From NCBI GenBank assembly GCA_003971905.1, contig RSEE01000033.1, positions 310,001 to 374,000 on the forward strand: 64,000 nucleotides of DNA, given 5' to 3'. The stretch comes from Moniliella sp. 'wahieum'. Taxonomy: Eukaryota. Shown here one piece after another: positions 50,001-62,345 of the stretch. The translations under genes and the position numbers were made by a program. Positions within the stretch are counted from its first letter, which is position 1. Each line of letters opens with the position of its first letter. The notes under the pieces are model-generated. The model had not been told where the DNA came from. It ran no database searches and saw only the letters and a list, made by a program, of their open reading frames with translations.

Positions 50001-52605
50001 CAGAGGGGCTTGCACTCGCTGCGAGAAGACTGAAATTGAGCGGAAGAAGGTTGGGGAAAGTAGAGTGGTGACGAGGGGTAGAGGCTAGTGTAGCAGCCCC
50101 TGGAGCCGCCACAGAAGCCCAGACGGCGACACGGCCAGCAAGGTACGTTGGATGTATCAGACCCAACGGGGAGGTCACATTGGCCGTCAAACCCATTTCT
50201 AGCAATCCTAGAGCGAGCGGACGTTGAGGCAACCAAGTCAGTGTTGACATATTCCATACGGCGTAGGTCCCAGTCGTGCGCTCCATGGCAAAGGTGTTGT
50301 AGGAAAGTGACGGAACAAAGCTACCAAGGAACAGAATCCCATCGGTCCCAAGTTTCTCGATGACTGAAACAGGGCCAGACAGCCCCCATCCAGCGAATCC
50401 CATGTCTGCTGTTCAAAATCCCAACGTGCAGCGTATCCCAAAGGCGTCTGATTATCCGCCGTCGACGTAAAACGCCCTCCGACAAACAGACTGTTTGAAT
50501 TGGCCAGCAAGGCAGCAATCGGTCCATTGAGTCCTCCGCCGGGAAAGACCTTAGGGACCAAAGGCGTACTAAGAATCTGTGTGTGAGGGACAGGTTGTAG
50601 GGTGACCAGGTGAGAAAAATTGGCACCACCGTACGAAGCGTTGCCCAAAGTGGTACCGTTGAAGTCACCACCCACGTAGACGGATTGGTTTACAATGGCA
50701 AAGGATGCCACATAACTGGGCGGCTTGATTCCAGCCAAGCCCAACCCTGCAGCAGCCGCATCGAGAAGACCGGTGGATACATTTGCAGTCGTGGTCGGGT
50801 CAGCGCTACTAGACGAAATAGAAAGATCGGCTTCCATGATGCCAAATCCTTGCACTGTGGGTGGGCTGAGGACCGAGCTATTCAGCAGCACTGCGTCCAC
50901 CCTCGACACCGTGGCTTGCCCTGCTGTCACATGAACGGTTACACTAGGTTGCCAGTTGTTGGAGCTCTCTACCACAGGCCCGGTGTAAACCGCCACCATC
51001 GCTGCTTGATGAGATAGATGAAGGGATATCCACCTGAACGCCCTCCTGGGACGCGTTGAACTCAGCCAGGACCGACAACATGCCTTGGCAGGAATCGTTG
51101 GAGGAGGTGGTGCAACTTGCAAGGGACACATAGACAGTGTAGTTCCCTGTCAAAGAAACGTCAAGTGGAAAAGATATGCTGGAAGGTGTGGAGTTGGAAC
51201 GAAGAACACCCATCGAGACATTGGCGCTGCCTGTCACATAGACTTGATGTGACCATTCTCCTGTAGTGATGACCTCAGCCGACGACGTCCCTGCTCCAAA
51301 TTCGCCAACAGAGGCGCATGCGGCTCGATTGTACCCGCGATTGGCATATACTGTCGATCCGGGGCCCAGGAGCTGCATCAAATGCAGCCCAGCTCCTGCG
51401 CCGACCCAAGAAGATACCGAGAGCGTAAAGGAATCGATCTCAATCGTACCCGTCGGCGATGCTTCCGCATCGGCAAAGATAAAGTCTTGGTACGGGATGG
51501 AAGCATGGCGTGCAAGAGGGCAATCATTGGTACAACTGGCGTTTATTCCGGTAGCTGGGTCTGCGTAAACCAAACCCACCGCGCCTTGGTTTGAGGATGT
51601 GGAGAGGGTGAAGTTGCCCACACCACGGTCTCCGAACAAAGTATTGCTTAGCCGAAGCGCTCGGGCTGGCGCAGATCGCAGTAAATCGACACTGATGGTA
51701 GGGTCTTGCAAGTTATCGGTCCAGATAAATGTACCATTTTCCGTCCCATCATCTCCCAAAGGGCAGAGCAGATTGGCTGGGTCACCCGCCTGCGCTCCAT
51801 TAGTCCTAATCTGGGCTCCAGCCAAAGAGACTTGCCGAAAGAAAGCAGTGAGGGGGCTTGCGCTTTGGTTGCCATTGAATGCGGTGAGGGGAATGCTGAA
51901 CGCGCCAGCGATGCCAGTCATCTCGGAAGTGCTGCCCGCTGCAATGCTGACAATTGAGCCATTGATGGATGAGTTTGGTCGGGGTTGCCAGGCCTGAGTG
52001 GCGGTGTCCCAAGTTGATAGAAAGTTGGGAAAATCACCGCCAGCGAGCACAGTGCCATGGTCTGCATTGCAGTAGAGAGAATGAACTGGGGCAGCAAGGC
52101 CCTGTGCGAGCCTGGCCCACACTCCTTCACGGCCCATAGAGGATAGAGGCTGCCAGCGAGCAATGTTGGCTGCAGCCATACCATTAACAGTGGTAAAGTT
52201 TCCTGCTACAAAGAGTGCTGGTGGCTGAGTGGGACTTGAGGTGAGACTCGGCATTTCGCATAGCGCCTCTATGGTCCCGCCTGTGTCGGTGGCGGCCAGT
52301 GGAAAAATGGACCCGTTGGCAGCGCGCACCAGAAGTGAAGGAGAAGAGACATTGCGGTCGAGTGTCCCCGGTGGGGTTGAGGTCCAAACGTCGAGTCCCG
52401 TAAAGGACCCCACCAAGGTCGTCTGACCCAACTGTGCATAGTCGACCGGTGGGAAGACAGGAGTTGCTCCGGCTGAAGAGGGTGTACAAATGAGTAAATC
52501 GGCGAAGTACAGGAGGGGCCCAAGGAAGAGGGAGAATCGCCTAATCGCCAATTGAGCAGCGGAAAGCGCACGGCGACAAGGGGGATGGAGGTCAAGTAAT
52601 CCCAT
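47054..52605 (-). CDS. RAX2: Rax2-like cell-polarity type I membrane protein with C-terminal SH3 domain; intron ~49384-49449; frameshifts
   Basis: N-terminal hydrophobic leader, PPVDYAQLG..VGSFTGLD, beta-propeller-like repeats (LFVAGNF, VYVGGDF, LFVGGRF), CPAICLLD..W, TM VVICISIFIGLGIVLLLVII, SH3 ARYDF..ELP..DDPHWW..GVVPAAY. Confidence 0.85.
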
Positions 52606-54415
52606 GTGAAAAGCATGCGGGTGGATATCAGGCATGCCCACATGCCAACGAACTAAACGGCGCATTTCGGTGGTTCAGAACAAAAGGGTAGGTGTAGAAT
52701 GGTGGGAGTGATGATGAAGGAAAGATCAACAGAGGCAGCGGGCGCATGCGAGATCTAACGTGCAGGTTTGGTGCCAACCGTGGAAAGCCGGTGGCCGCCG
52801 AGCTTATTACAAAACTCAGCTGTGTTGTAGTGCTCCCCCCCAGCAAAAGGGCGCACTTATACCACCGCAGTGTTGCATTATATAGTAGACGCTGTGGGTA
52901 TATATGCTTGAGGGGTATATTCTTCTGTTGCAGGGTTCGTGATCTTCAAGGCGTTCAAGCTGATCTAGTACGTACGTATATACTAGTTACTCTGGCAGAT
53001 GTTTATATTTGTAGGGCCTTTTTGAAGGCAATCTCAAAAAAATACAACACACTGTAAAGGGAAACTAATCAGTAAATAGATAGCTTTCTAAGCAAGTTAT
53101 ACTTCTGTTAGGAACCACACTGTACCATATATAGACCCAAGTGTATGAGCCATGCTGAAGGCAGATAGGAGGCAGAAGACACTTGTGATGACTGGCTATT
53201 TCCCCATACAAAACGTCACGATCAAAGAAAACTCCACACAGAAAAGATGTAGTAGACGTGGTTTCCATTATACTAGACAGAGAAACGTGTGTGTGTGCAT
53301 CAGTGGGTACTGAGGAAACCCCTTTTAATGATGAGTCTCATTGCGGAGGAAGGCAGCCATATCTCGCTCACATATATATGTTTAGCACTAACGCCCATTC
53401 ATTTATCCAAAATCGCCCTTGGCGACCTCTCTCCGGTTTGGAAGCGAGAGAGAATGGCAGGGGTGCCAGAGAGGTTCCCCGACCCGTATGGATCAATGGA
53501 TGAATCAACGACCAATGAATCTATGGATGATTCAACGACGAGATGCCGCGATGGTCCTTCTGCACACATGCATGAACGTTCAGTTGGATAGCTTGAAGCT
53601 TCAACTTCAACTTGAAGCTAGAAGTTGGAAGGTTCGTTGGGACGAGAAACATGACAATGACATGTGCATGACGCAAGCGAAACGCGAAGTCTGAAATGGA
53701 AGACGATGCATGATGCATGATGCATGACGCAGATGCGGATATCTCAGGCGAGGCTCTGGCTGAGGCTGAGGCCTGAGGCCACTGTTCTGACAAGGAGACA
53801 GTCTCGCTAAGCGCTAATCGATAATCGCTAATCGATAAGATCGAAGAGCCGCCACTGACATCACCAATCACCGGTCAATGATTGACACCAGACCTCTCGC
53901 CTCCTGTCTGCTGGGCACTGAGGCTCAGTGCTCTGTCATGTCACATGTCACTCACACGCAGGCTCACCCGGTGGGATCTGGGAGCGCAGAATGCGGAAGC
54001 AGGCCGAAGCGCACGTGGTCTGTGCTGGGCCACACTTGGACCGCACTCGCCACTCCCTTGCCCGCCCAGGCAGCCTGGCACTGCCGCCGCCTTGCCCCCC
54101 AGTGCGCCCCCCCCGGCATGCGTCCCGCGTCATGCGCTTCACGCGTCACGCTTCACACTGCCGGCGTTTCTTGTCTCAATCGTTTGCTTCAGCGCTTCAG
54201 CTTCAAAGGGTCACCGGTCAGGCTCAGGCCCCGGTCCCTGAGTCGTTCGTTGCTGTGTTGCCTTCAGCTTCCGACAAAAGCCGCGCAAAGTCACCAGGAC
54301 GTCACTAGCTCACTCGACCATAGTCACACGATCTTGGTCCACGCTGGGCCCTTCAGCTCCGTCCTGCCTCTATCCGTGCCCACCACCTCCTCCACCCATC
54401 CCCGCCGTCGCTACC

Positions 54416-55967
54416 ATGGGCAAGCACGGCGACCCTTTGGTGGAGCTCATCCGCGTCACTGCCGCCAGCATTTGTGAGGTAATTGTCATCAGCTTTATCG
54501 GTTACGTCCTTGCTCGCCGCGGCATCCTTGACAAGACCACCACTACAAAGCTCAACAAGCTTAACGTCTCCATCTTCACACCTGCCCTTCTCTTCAGTAA
54601 GGTCGCCTTTAGCCTCAATGCCCGCCGCCTTATCGAGCTGGCTGTTGTGCCAATTGGCTTTGTGCTTGTCGAGGCTGTCTCGCTCCTAGGTGCACTCTTG
54701 CTCTCCAAGCTGGGGGGAATCAGTTCGGCCCACACACGCTTTGCCATTGCTGTTGCCATCACACCCAATTCCAATTCGCTTCCTGTGGCACTGATGCAAT
54801 CGCTCGTTGTAACTGTCCCGCTTTTGCGCTGGGACGAGCCAGGCGAGCCTGAGGACGATCCCGATTCGATGCTCGGCCGTGCTCTGACCTACCTCGTACT
54901 CTTCTCAACATTGGGCATGTTCGTCCGCTGGTCTATTGGTGCTCATCTCCTCTCCTCCGCCGGCACTTCTTTGGCCCAGGGACCCTCGGATGAGGAAGAT
55001 TCCCGTCGCCATCGCCCTCATGCGCATACCCCTCGTTGGGCCCTATCGTTTCCCAATACACCTGCCGACAGTGATCAAAGTGAGGACAGTCGCCCTGGTT
55101 CGCCTGCTCCTCCGGAGGAAACTGTTTCCACATCGTCCATTCCTCAATGGGCGCAGCGTTTTGTCATCAAGCCTTTATTGGCTGTGTATGGGTTCATGAC
55201 CGCCCCCTTTGGGCTGCTATTCTCTCACTTGCTGTTGCTCTCACACCCCCTGTACAGCATCTACTAGCGAATATGGGGCCTGTCAGGGGTGCACTCGATT
55301 CGTGCGGCTCTTGCTCCATTCCATTGACATTGATCGCACTTGGTGCCTATTTTGTTGATCACAAGGCTCCAGCTACTCCACCGAGTCTCCCACAGGCCAT
55401 GCCACCAAGCCAACCATCTTCTTCTTTGGCACCCGATGCCCGCTTGTTGGCGGTGCCCTCATCGGCTGCCCCATCTCGGCCGGAGAGTGTCGCTTCGACT
55501 GTATACACTGAGAGCGATGCGTCTGCTCGTATCAAGCGGGGATGGAACCCTTGGCGCCGAACGGGGCAGATCCGGCTAGAGGAATCCACTGAGCTGTTGG
55601 TTCCGCCCGAATCGCAATACGGTGGTCTGTCAGAGTCGACGCGCACTATTATGGCTGCGATTGGAGCGCGCATGATCATTTGCCCGCTCGTCTTGATCCC
55701 GATCATGGCTTACATCGCGCTTCGGACCGAGAACAACGTGATGGATGACCCCGTCTTCTTGGCATCAGCTTGCCTCATTGTCGGCTCCCCTCCGGCCCTC
55801 ACCTTGGCCCAGATCACCACCCAGACGGCCCAGCGTAACGGCCAAGGGATGTGGGCGCGGTCGAGCGTCTTATCTCGCGGACCATTTTTATCGCCTATAC
55901 TATTCTGGCCACGCCAACGACCATTGTTCTGGTCTTGGTGGCCCTGTTGATTGCCGAGAACGATTGA
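54416..55967 (+). CDS. Auxin efflux carrier (PIN-like/AEC, membrane transport family) protein; frameshifts
   Basis: LNVSIFTPALLFSKVA, PNSNSLPVALMQSL, GRALTYL, MTAP, GSCSIPLTLIALGA, DDPVF..SPPALTLAQIT. Confidence 0.9.
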
Positions 55968-56670
55968 ATATGTTTTGCGCTGCACATGCCGAATCAATAC
56001 TGCCCACTAACGATTTCAGTGATTGGCGTATTTCAGGCGCAAGATGTAGGCAGGGATCAAGCTGATCAAGGGAATGTCGCTGCATGGTGACGCATATCAG
56101 TCGTAGTGCCTCCTCCACTATGTCCTTGGGAAAAATCTGCATGAGTCCAGGCTGGTGGTGCCGCTGCCATGTCAGCTCATCGCACTATGACTCCACTGGT
56201 CTTTCTCCAAAGTGGGTGCGCAAGAATAGATTGAGTGCCAATCAGATCCAGAGATACGGTTCCGTGCGACATTCAGCCATAAGACCAAAGTAAACGGCTG
56301 TCGTTGGGTGACATAGCTCATGCCCGCAATATGCAAGTCAAGTCTGGACTTGATATATGATTTGGGTTTCACAACGTACGTCTCTACCTGCCCTCGGCCT
56401 CACCCTCCTGTTTGTTTCATTTGCGAACGCAGAATGTCCTACTTGCTCAAGCTAGCTAGAGTAGCTGCTGGGCACTTGGGGCTCATCATCAGGTTCTGAA
56501 CTGCTCTAGAAAGGAGCAAAGTACCATTGGCTGAAATCGTTGTGCAAACCATGAGCTAGTGGGGGTACGAGTACAAGGGAGAGGTCCAGGCAACGGCCCA
56601 GCCTACTTGACAAATGTACATGGGGGGATTGTGCCACCTCTCAATGCAGGGTTGTGTCGAGCTGTGTAAT

Positions 56671-57223
56671 TTAATCAAGCTTCTCCACCTCGGCTTCGGC
56701 CTCGGCCTGTTTCGCCGACCTCGAACGTCTCGGGCTGGAAAAGAAGGATCAGTACTTCCGTTGCTCAAAGAAAGAAAAGGAGGGGCGACCTACCGCGTCC
56801 GGAACATCATCACCAGTAGCGGCACCCTGAGCCCGCATCATCTGTGTACGACTGCGCCAGCTGGCGGAGCGACGCCATCGCTTCGGGACCGATGGTTGAG
56901 AATGCAGGCACCAACTCCGTCATGTCCTTCTCCTCACCGCGACCCGTCACAATGTGGGTGTTGGCATCCTGAACCAGGGCAATGTTGGGACGAGTAAAGT
57001 GGATAACCTTGCCATCGTCCTTGAACATGTTGACCTCCTCGTACCCGGTCATGGGCTGCACGCCGCCCAGTTTCTTGAGCGCCGCACCCAGCTTCTTGTC
57101 TTTCCCGCCCTCGGCAGCTGACTTGGGAGCAGCCTTCTTGACAACCTTGCGGCGGGGGGCGCCCTTTCCGCCCTGGCGGCTGGCAGCTTGTAGCTTGGCG
57201 AGCTTCTCCTGGTCGACAGCCAT
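56671..57223 (-). CDS. EGD1: Nascent polypeptide-associated complex beta subunit (BTF3); small 3' intron ~56736-56793
   Basis: DQEKLAKLQ..GGKGAPRRK, DKKL..ALKKL, EEVNMFKDDG.VIHF, ends VEKLD*. Confidence 0.93.
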
Positions 57224-57621
57224 AGTGGTGGTGGATGGGGTATGTCTGGCGGGCCGCAAGCCTCGCGTTGCTCGCCCGCCTCGCCCTGCCCGCCTGGGCC
57301 ACCCTGGGCCGTCTGGCTCCATCGGCACCTGGCTTCCCCTAGCATGTCTGGGTGCTGCTCGCCTCCCGCGCCCCTAACTCCGCACGGAGGCAGTGTCACC
57401 TCCCCCTTCGAAGCACATCACGGTAGGGTTATCCGCAGCCCTCCGACCGAGGTAAAATGCTCCACGCTTGGCACACTCATTGCATCAATCCCCATACTAC
57501 AAACGACCCATCAACGCCACCATTTGCATGCTTCATGAACGTTGAACACCACAACCCCCTCCGGTTGCAATTGACGTGAGTGTACTCTCTTTTCAGGCCA
57601 TTGCGATAGGTGATGAAAAGA

Positions 57622-57698
57622 AGGGCTTGAATCGGAATTGAACCCATGGCTTCGCATGCTGGCCACGAGGGACACGTAACCACATACGCTGTCAAATC
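57622..57698 (-). pseudogene. Degenerate tRNA-like sequence
   Basis: A-box-like AGCGTATGTGG, B-box GGTTCAATTCC and partial acceptor pairing; the anticodon stem does not pair. Confidence 0.35.
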
Positions 57699-58036
57699 AT
57701 GTCAAACCGGAATAATCCGCAAGGCAAAAGACTAGAGGAACTGATGATATTGGACGAAGAATGTCTGGAGAAAAGTAGAGCAATGCAATGGTATTGGTGG
57801 CAGTCGAAGGACACGCCCGATGACTCGATCCGTCGGGGGCTGTATAATGTTTCCAATTGTATTCTCAAGTTACCGAATGGGGATGACACTGATGACGAAA
57901 TACTAGGTGGGGGCACTTGCACCGATTTTTTTAATCTCCGCGTCCTGGACGCCTTGGGTCGAAAAGCTACGATTTGCTGTTGTCGCCTAATCGCCTCAGG
58001 TCTTGAGCTTCAGTTCTTGAATATATCCCACCATCC

Positions 58037-59310
58037 ATGTCACGTCTTCTGCCCTCCTTTGCCCGCCCCTCCCTCATTCCACTGCCAGCACCGGCAAGAC
58101 CAAGATGGGGTCTGTGTTTGCGGCGCTTTGCCTCGAACCTGGCACACCTGCCCAGTAAGACCGGCCCCCAGCTGCTGCCGCTTCAGTGTTCACCCACCGC
58201 GGTTGCCTGTGGTTTCAATGCCAGCCATGCCCGGCTCCACTGGCCTTCCCCTCCAAGGACAGTGTTGGCTGTGATCAAACAGAATGATCGCCCCGCGCTT
58301 GCCGCCCTGCACAATGCATGCCGCTGGCTTGCCCACTCCCACCCGCTCATGCGAGTACTTGCTGAGCACGACACATATGTTGAACTCACCAACGCCTACC
58401 CAGACCTTCCTTCCAATGTCCTTTCGTTTAATGCAGACAATATCCTGGATCGCAGGGACTTGGATCGTGTGGTTGACTTGGCCATCACCCTCGGTGGTGA
58501 TGGTACCGTTCTGCGTATGGCCAGCCTTTTTGACGCTGGCCCAGTCCCCCCCGTGCTGAGCTTTAGTATGGGCACTCTCGGCTTCCTGCTCCCTCACAAT
58601 GCCGCATACCTGCCCAAGACTGTTGATATGCTCTTGCAAGGTGATGCCTGCGTCTTGCTTCGCATGCGCCTGGCCACCCGCTTGCTCTCGAGCCCGGACT
58701 CGTCGGATCCAGGGCGGACAATCCACGTGATGAACGAGATTGCGCTCCATCGCGGTCGCAGCGGGCACATGACTACAATGGACTGCTATGTCAATGGCCA
58801 GCACCTCACCCAATCCATTTCTGACGGCCTGATCGTCAGCACTCCTACTGGCTCCACCCCTACTCTCTTTCGGCGGGTGGACCAATTGTGCACCCTTGTG
58901 TTCAGACCTTGGTTCTTACCCCCATATCCCCCCGCAGTCTCAGCTTCCGAACCGTTCTCCTCCCTCCCGATACCCGCGTCAAGCTAGTGGTCACACCCGG
59001 TTCACGTGCTGCTGCTGACTTATCACTGGACGGACGCTATGTCTCAACGCTTCAACAGGGAGATGGCGTGGAAGTGGAAGCGTCGCCCCACCCAATGCCA
59101 TGCATTTACTTCTCGCCCAGGGGCGAACCTGGCACCCACATCGCGCCCCATTCGCTCGACCAAGACACCTGGGTGCGCGACATCAACAACCTGCTCCGTT
59201 TTAATGTGTCCTTTGCTGGACGCGATTTGCTGCCCCAGACTGAAGAATGCGACGTGCCTGATCAGGAGGATCCAATGGCCACCTCATCTTCCAATTCCAA
59301 TGAAATTTGA
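58037..59310 (+). CDS. POS5: Mitochondrial NADH kinase Pos5-like; one frameshift near 58860
   Basis: Arg-rich presequence, ITLGGDGTVL, SFSMGTLGFL, MNEIALHRG, DGLIVSTPTGST, LTPISPRSLSFR. Confidence 0.92.
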
Positions 59311-59984
59311 GGACTGCGTCCACGTCGATGTCACTTGCGATGCGAGTAGATGGATAAAGATGCCCATATGTCAAACCCGGCAAATATCCAGCACCTAGCG
59401 CTCGCAGCTGAGGAAGGCTTGAGGCTCTCAGCGCTCTCAGCCCGGCTTAGCAGTGGCTGCGCTGCTTGGGTGGCTGAGGTTATGTGACAGGACCACGTGA
59501 CCTGCACCGCTGTCCCCCGTTGATGCGATTGAACGTTTGAACGTTGAATCCGGAGACATAGATGACGTAGTCGCGTGGGGGCAACTAGGTGCTGCATGAT
59601 GCATGATGATGCCGATGATGCCTCATCATATTGGTGGCTGTTCCTAATGGATCGCACCCCTGTTGCTATGGGGCACAATGAATCTTTTTTCAGGGGCGCG
59701 GGCTAGGGCCTAATGAGGGGTAACAGATTCTGATGGGCTTTGGATCGGGCGTGGGGGAGCCTAGCAATGGTCCATCTTCGCCTGTTGTTCGCCGTGTAAT
59801 GCAAAATGAATATCCGCAAATTGGAGCACGGCGGCGTGGAATAAATCAGTGTTTCACTGTGCGTCGCGGCGGCTGAGCCGCTCAGCCTTGGGCAGGTCAA
59901 GAGGATCTAAGCGAACGATCCACGCAACCCTTCAACCACCACCTTCTCCGGCGCCTGAGCTACATCTCTGCCCCTGCACACACA

Positions 59985-60943
59985 ATGGCTAGTTCGCGTC
60001 GCCTCACCAAAGTGCGTTATCGTTATCCCTTTGGTCTTTCTCCCTTGCGGGCCACAGCGATGCCAGCGCCTTGGTAACCCGCTACGTTGGTCCCACCGCC
60101 CGCCTGGATGATGATGCTGAGGAGTTGGAGCTAACGTTCTGATTAACAGGAGCTGCAAGACCTCCAGAAGGAGCCGCTGCAAGGCATTGGTATGTCCTCC
60201 TGATTGCCATCCCCATCTTGTACTGACCCAGCTTCGACCTGTGCCACATGGCTTTTGCTACCTCTTCTCCTAGTTGTCGAGCCAAACGGGTATGTTTTCC
60301 TCTTCCCTTGTTACGCCGCAAGTGTTCCCAGGAACTAAGTATTGCATCATGCAGCGACAACCTTTACTCTTGGACGGCGGTTATTAAGGGGCCTGCTCAA
60401 AGCCCCTATGCCCAGGGAAGCTTTGCACTCTCGCTCGACTTCCCCGTCGAGTATCCCTTCCGTGCGCCCAAGGTCAAGTTCAACACCCGCATCTACCATC
60501 CCAATGTCGATGACAGTGGCAACCTGTGTGTCGGCCTACTCAAGAGCGAATCTTGGAAACCTTCAACTAAGGTTTCGACCAGTATGACCCTTCCCCACCT
60601 GCCCGCCTCTTCACGCTAGAGACACACTCCTGACACCTCATGTCTGGTTCACATCAGTTCTGTTGACGATTGAGCAGCTCATCGCAGAGCCTGACCCGGA
60701 CGATGCATTGGTCGCTTCCATTGGTATGCCCTTCCCCTCCCCCTACATTTTTCTTCGTCGGCTCTGATATAAGAACTAAACATTGCCTTTGTTCAGCCGA
60801 GTACAAGAGCGATCGCAAGCAGTACGAAGTGACAGCTGCTCAGTGGGTTAAGAAGGTACGCCCCCCCCCCCCCCCAGTTGGGTCATCTTGCTGTGTTATG
60901 GAGGCCAATTGACTGATCTGATTGCATACAGTATTGCAAGTAG
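59985..60943 (+). CDS. Ubiquitin-conjugating enzyme E2, UBE2L3/UbcH7-like or Ubc4-related; about six introns
   Basis: MASSRRLTK|ELQDL, FPVEYPFRAPKVKFNTRIYHPNVDDSGNLC, WKPSTK, EPDPDDAL, AEYKSDRKQY. Confidence 0.88.
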
Positions 60944-61787
60944 GGACCCGCCCTTTCTCAATCGGGCCCTCGTCTACACCGCATCTGTGTACTTTCTCTT
61001 GAGACATTCGCCTCTCCTTTCTTAAAGGCCTTGTCCAAAAGTTGAGTTACATGGACAAGACCAATGGGACTCGCAGCATCAGAGATCACACAAGGGGGTT
61101 ATTGATCATAGTTGGTCTTCTCGGACGAAGCCGGGCAAGGTAGTTAAACGGAAACTGTTTAAGCAAGATGCCCAAGGACGCTGTGATGGTTAAACTGTGG
61201 CCCTCGAGATAAATAGCTTGAATTCATGGTTGTCTAGAAGCCAGACGGCGAATGATTTTTAGTGACACGAATTGAATGCACGCGCCTTGCCCCCTGCCAT
61301 CCTCCGTCCCGCGTCCCAGCTCACCACAGACTCTGCTTGCCCACCGTGCCATGCCCCGCCATGCTCCGTTCTGGGTCATCTATGCTCATCTGGCCTTGCA
61401 CGCACGGGCCGCCGCGGCTATTCCATCTACAAGGCTCTACCTGCTACAGCCGCTAGTTACTAGTTCTAGTTGCTAGTTACCGGTTACCGGTTACCGGTTA
61501 CCGCCCTGCCCCAACCCTACGCTGCATCAGTGTTCGGTAGGGTTGCGTTCTCGCATAAGCGGTAAGCCCTTGGTAAGCCCTTGCAGCACGGCGTCGGCCT
61601 AGAAAATTTGCAGGCAATAGTGGAGGCAAACAAGGCCCACAGACAGATGTTATTTCAGTGAGTTCCTCAGCCGATAAAAGGCGGATGCGTGTTGCGTCGT
61701 TCCAAATTTCCCACCACCACCATCTTGGGCAAGTGCCCCCACGTCCTACATCCAAGTTTTATTTGTAAGTTCCTGCTCATTTGCCTT

Positions 61788-61915
61788 TATGATGTCTTCA
61801 TCTTCCTTGCCCCGGCTTATATGACCATGCCGAAACGACAAGGCGGCGTCTCGTCGGCGCTACGTGCTTCGGCACGATTGTTCTTCGGTGCTTGCCAGCA
61901 CCTCGTTGTCTGATC
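61788..61915 (+). ncRNA. SNR190: Box C/D snoRNA, probable snR190 homolog
   Basis: ATGATGT ... CTGA inside intron 1; GACCATG..ACGACAAGG resembles yeast snR190 as recalled; immediately upstream of U14, as in yeast. Confidence 0.6.
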
Positions 61916-62058
61916 CTTCCCATATGCTTTGCGCAGCGTCGCTGACATGCATACTTTCTATCTGCTAGATCCACCTCCCCTGTTCCTCCACCTTCCTGGA
62001 GTAGTCAACACAGCATCCGCAACCGGTACGTTTGGCCTCTCGTTCTCAGGCTAGGTTT

Positions 62059-62345
62059 TCGATGATCGATACACCTGGTATCCAACCAAATTCGCAGTTT
62101 CCACTGTAGGGCACGCAAGCCGCCCTTCGGGGTGGGGGCAATAGTGCTCCTCGTGGTCAAGAGGACTCGTGCTTTTTTGGCATGTCGGTGGTGTCCATCC
62201 CCTCTGGCCTCCGGGTGCGGGGTGGGAGCGTGTACGAACCCAGTTATGCGTTTCCAGCGGCCCACTGAAGCGGTTCGTTTGCATTGGTCCGAGTTGAAGC
62301 CTGCCTTGCCCAGTGACGGCCCACAGACCTTCCTTGGAAGTCTGA
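62059..62345 (+). ncRNA. SNR128: U14 (snR128) box C/D snoRNA, unusually long
   Basis: Domain A ATTCGCAGTTTCCAC (62090-62104), Y-domain loop ACGAACCCA (62234-62242), domain B CCTTCCTTGGA + D box CTGA (62328-62345). Confidence 0.9.

Noticed and set aside
57699..58036. 191-aa ORF upstream of and overlapping POS5
   Set aside because: No recognisable motif; it overlaps POS5 out of frame and lies in a divergent promoter.
81..60943. Frameshifts in most conserved genes as pseudogenes or programmed frameshifting
   Set aside because: They hit essential genes (RPS16, RPL25, FZO1, MPE1), are single-base losses often in short runs, and come with no other decay; this is typical of uncorrected long-read assembly.
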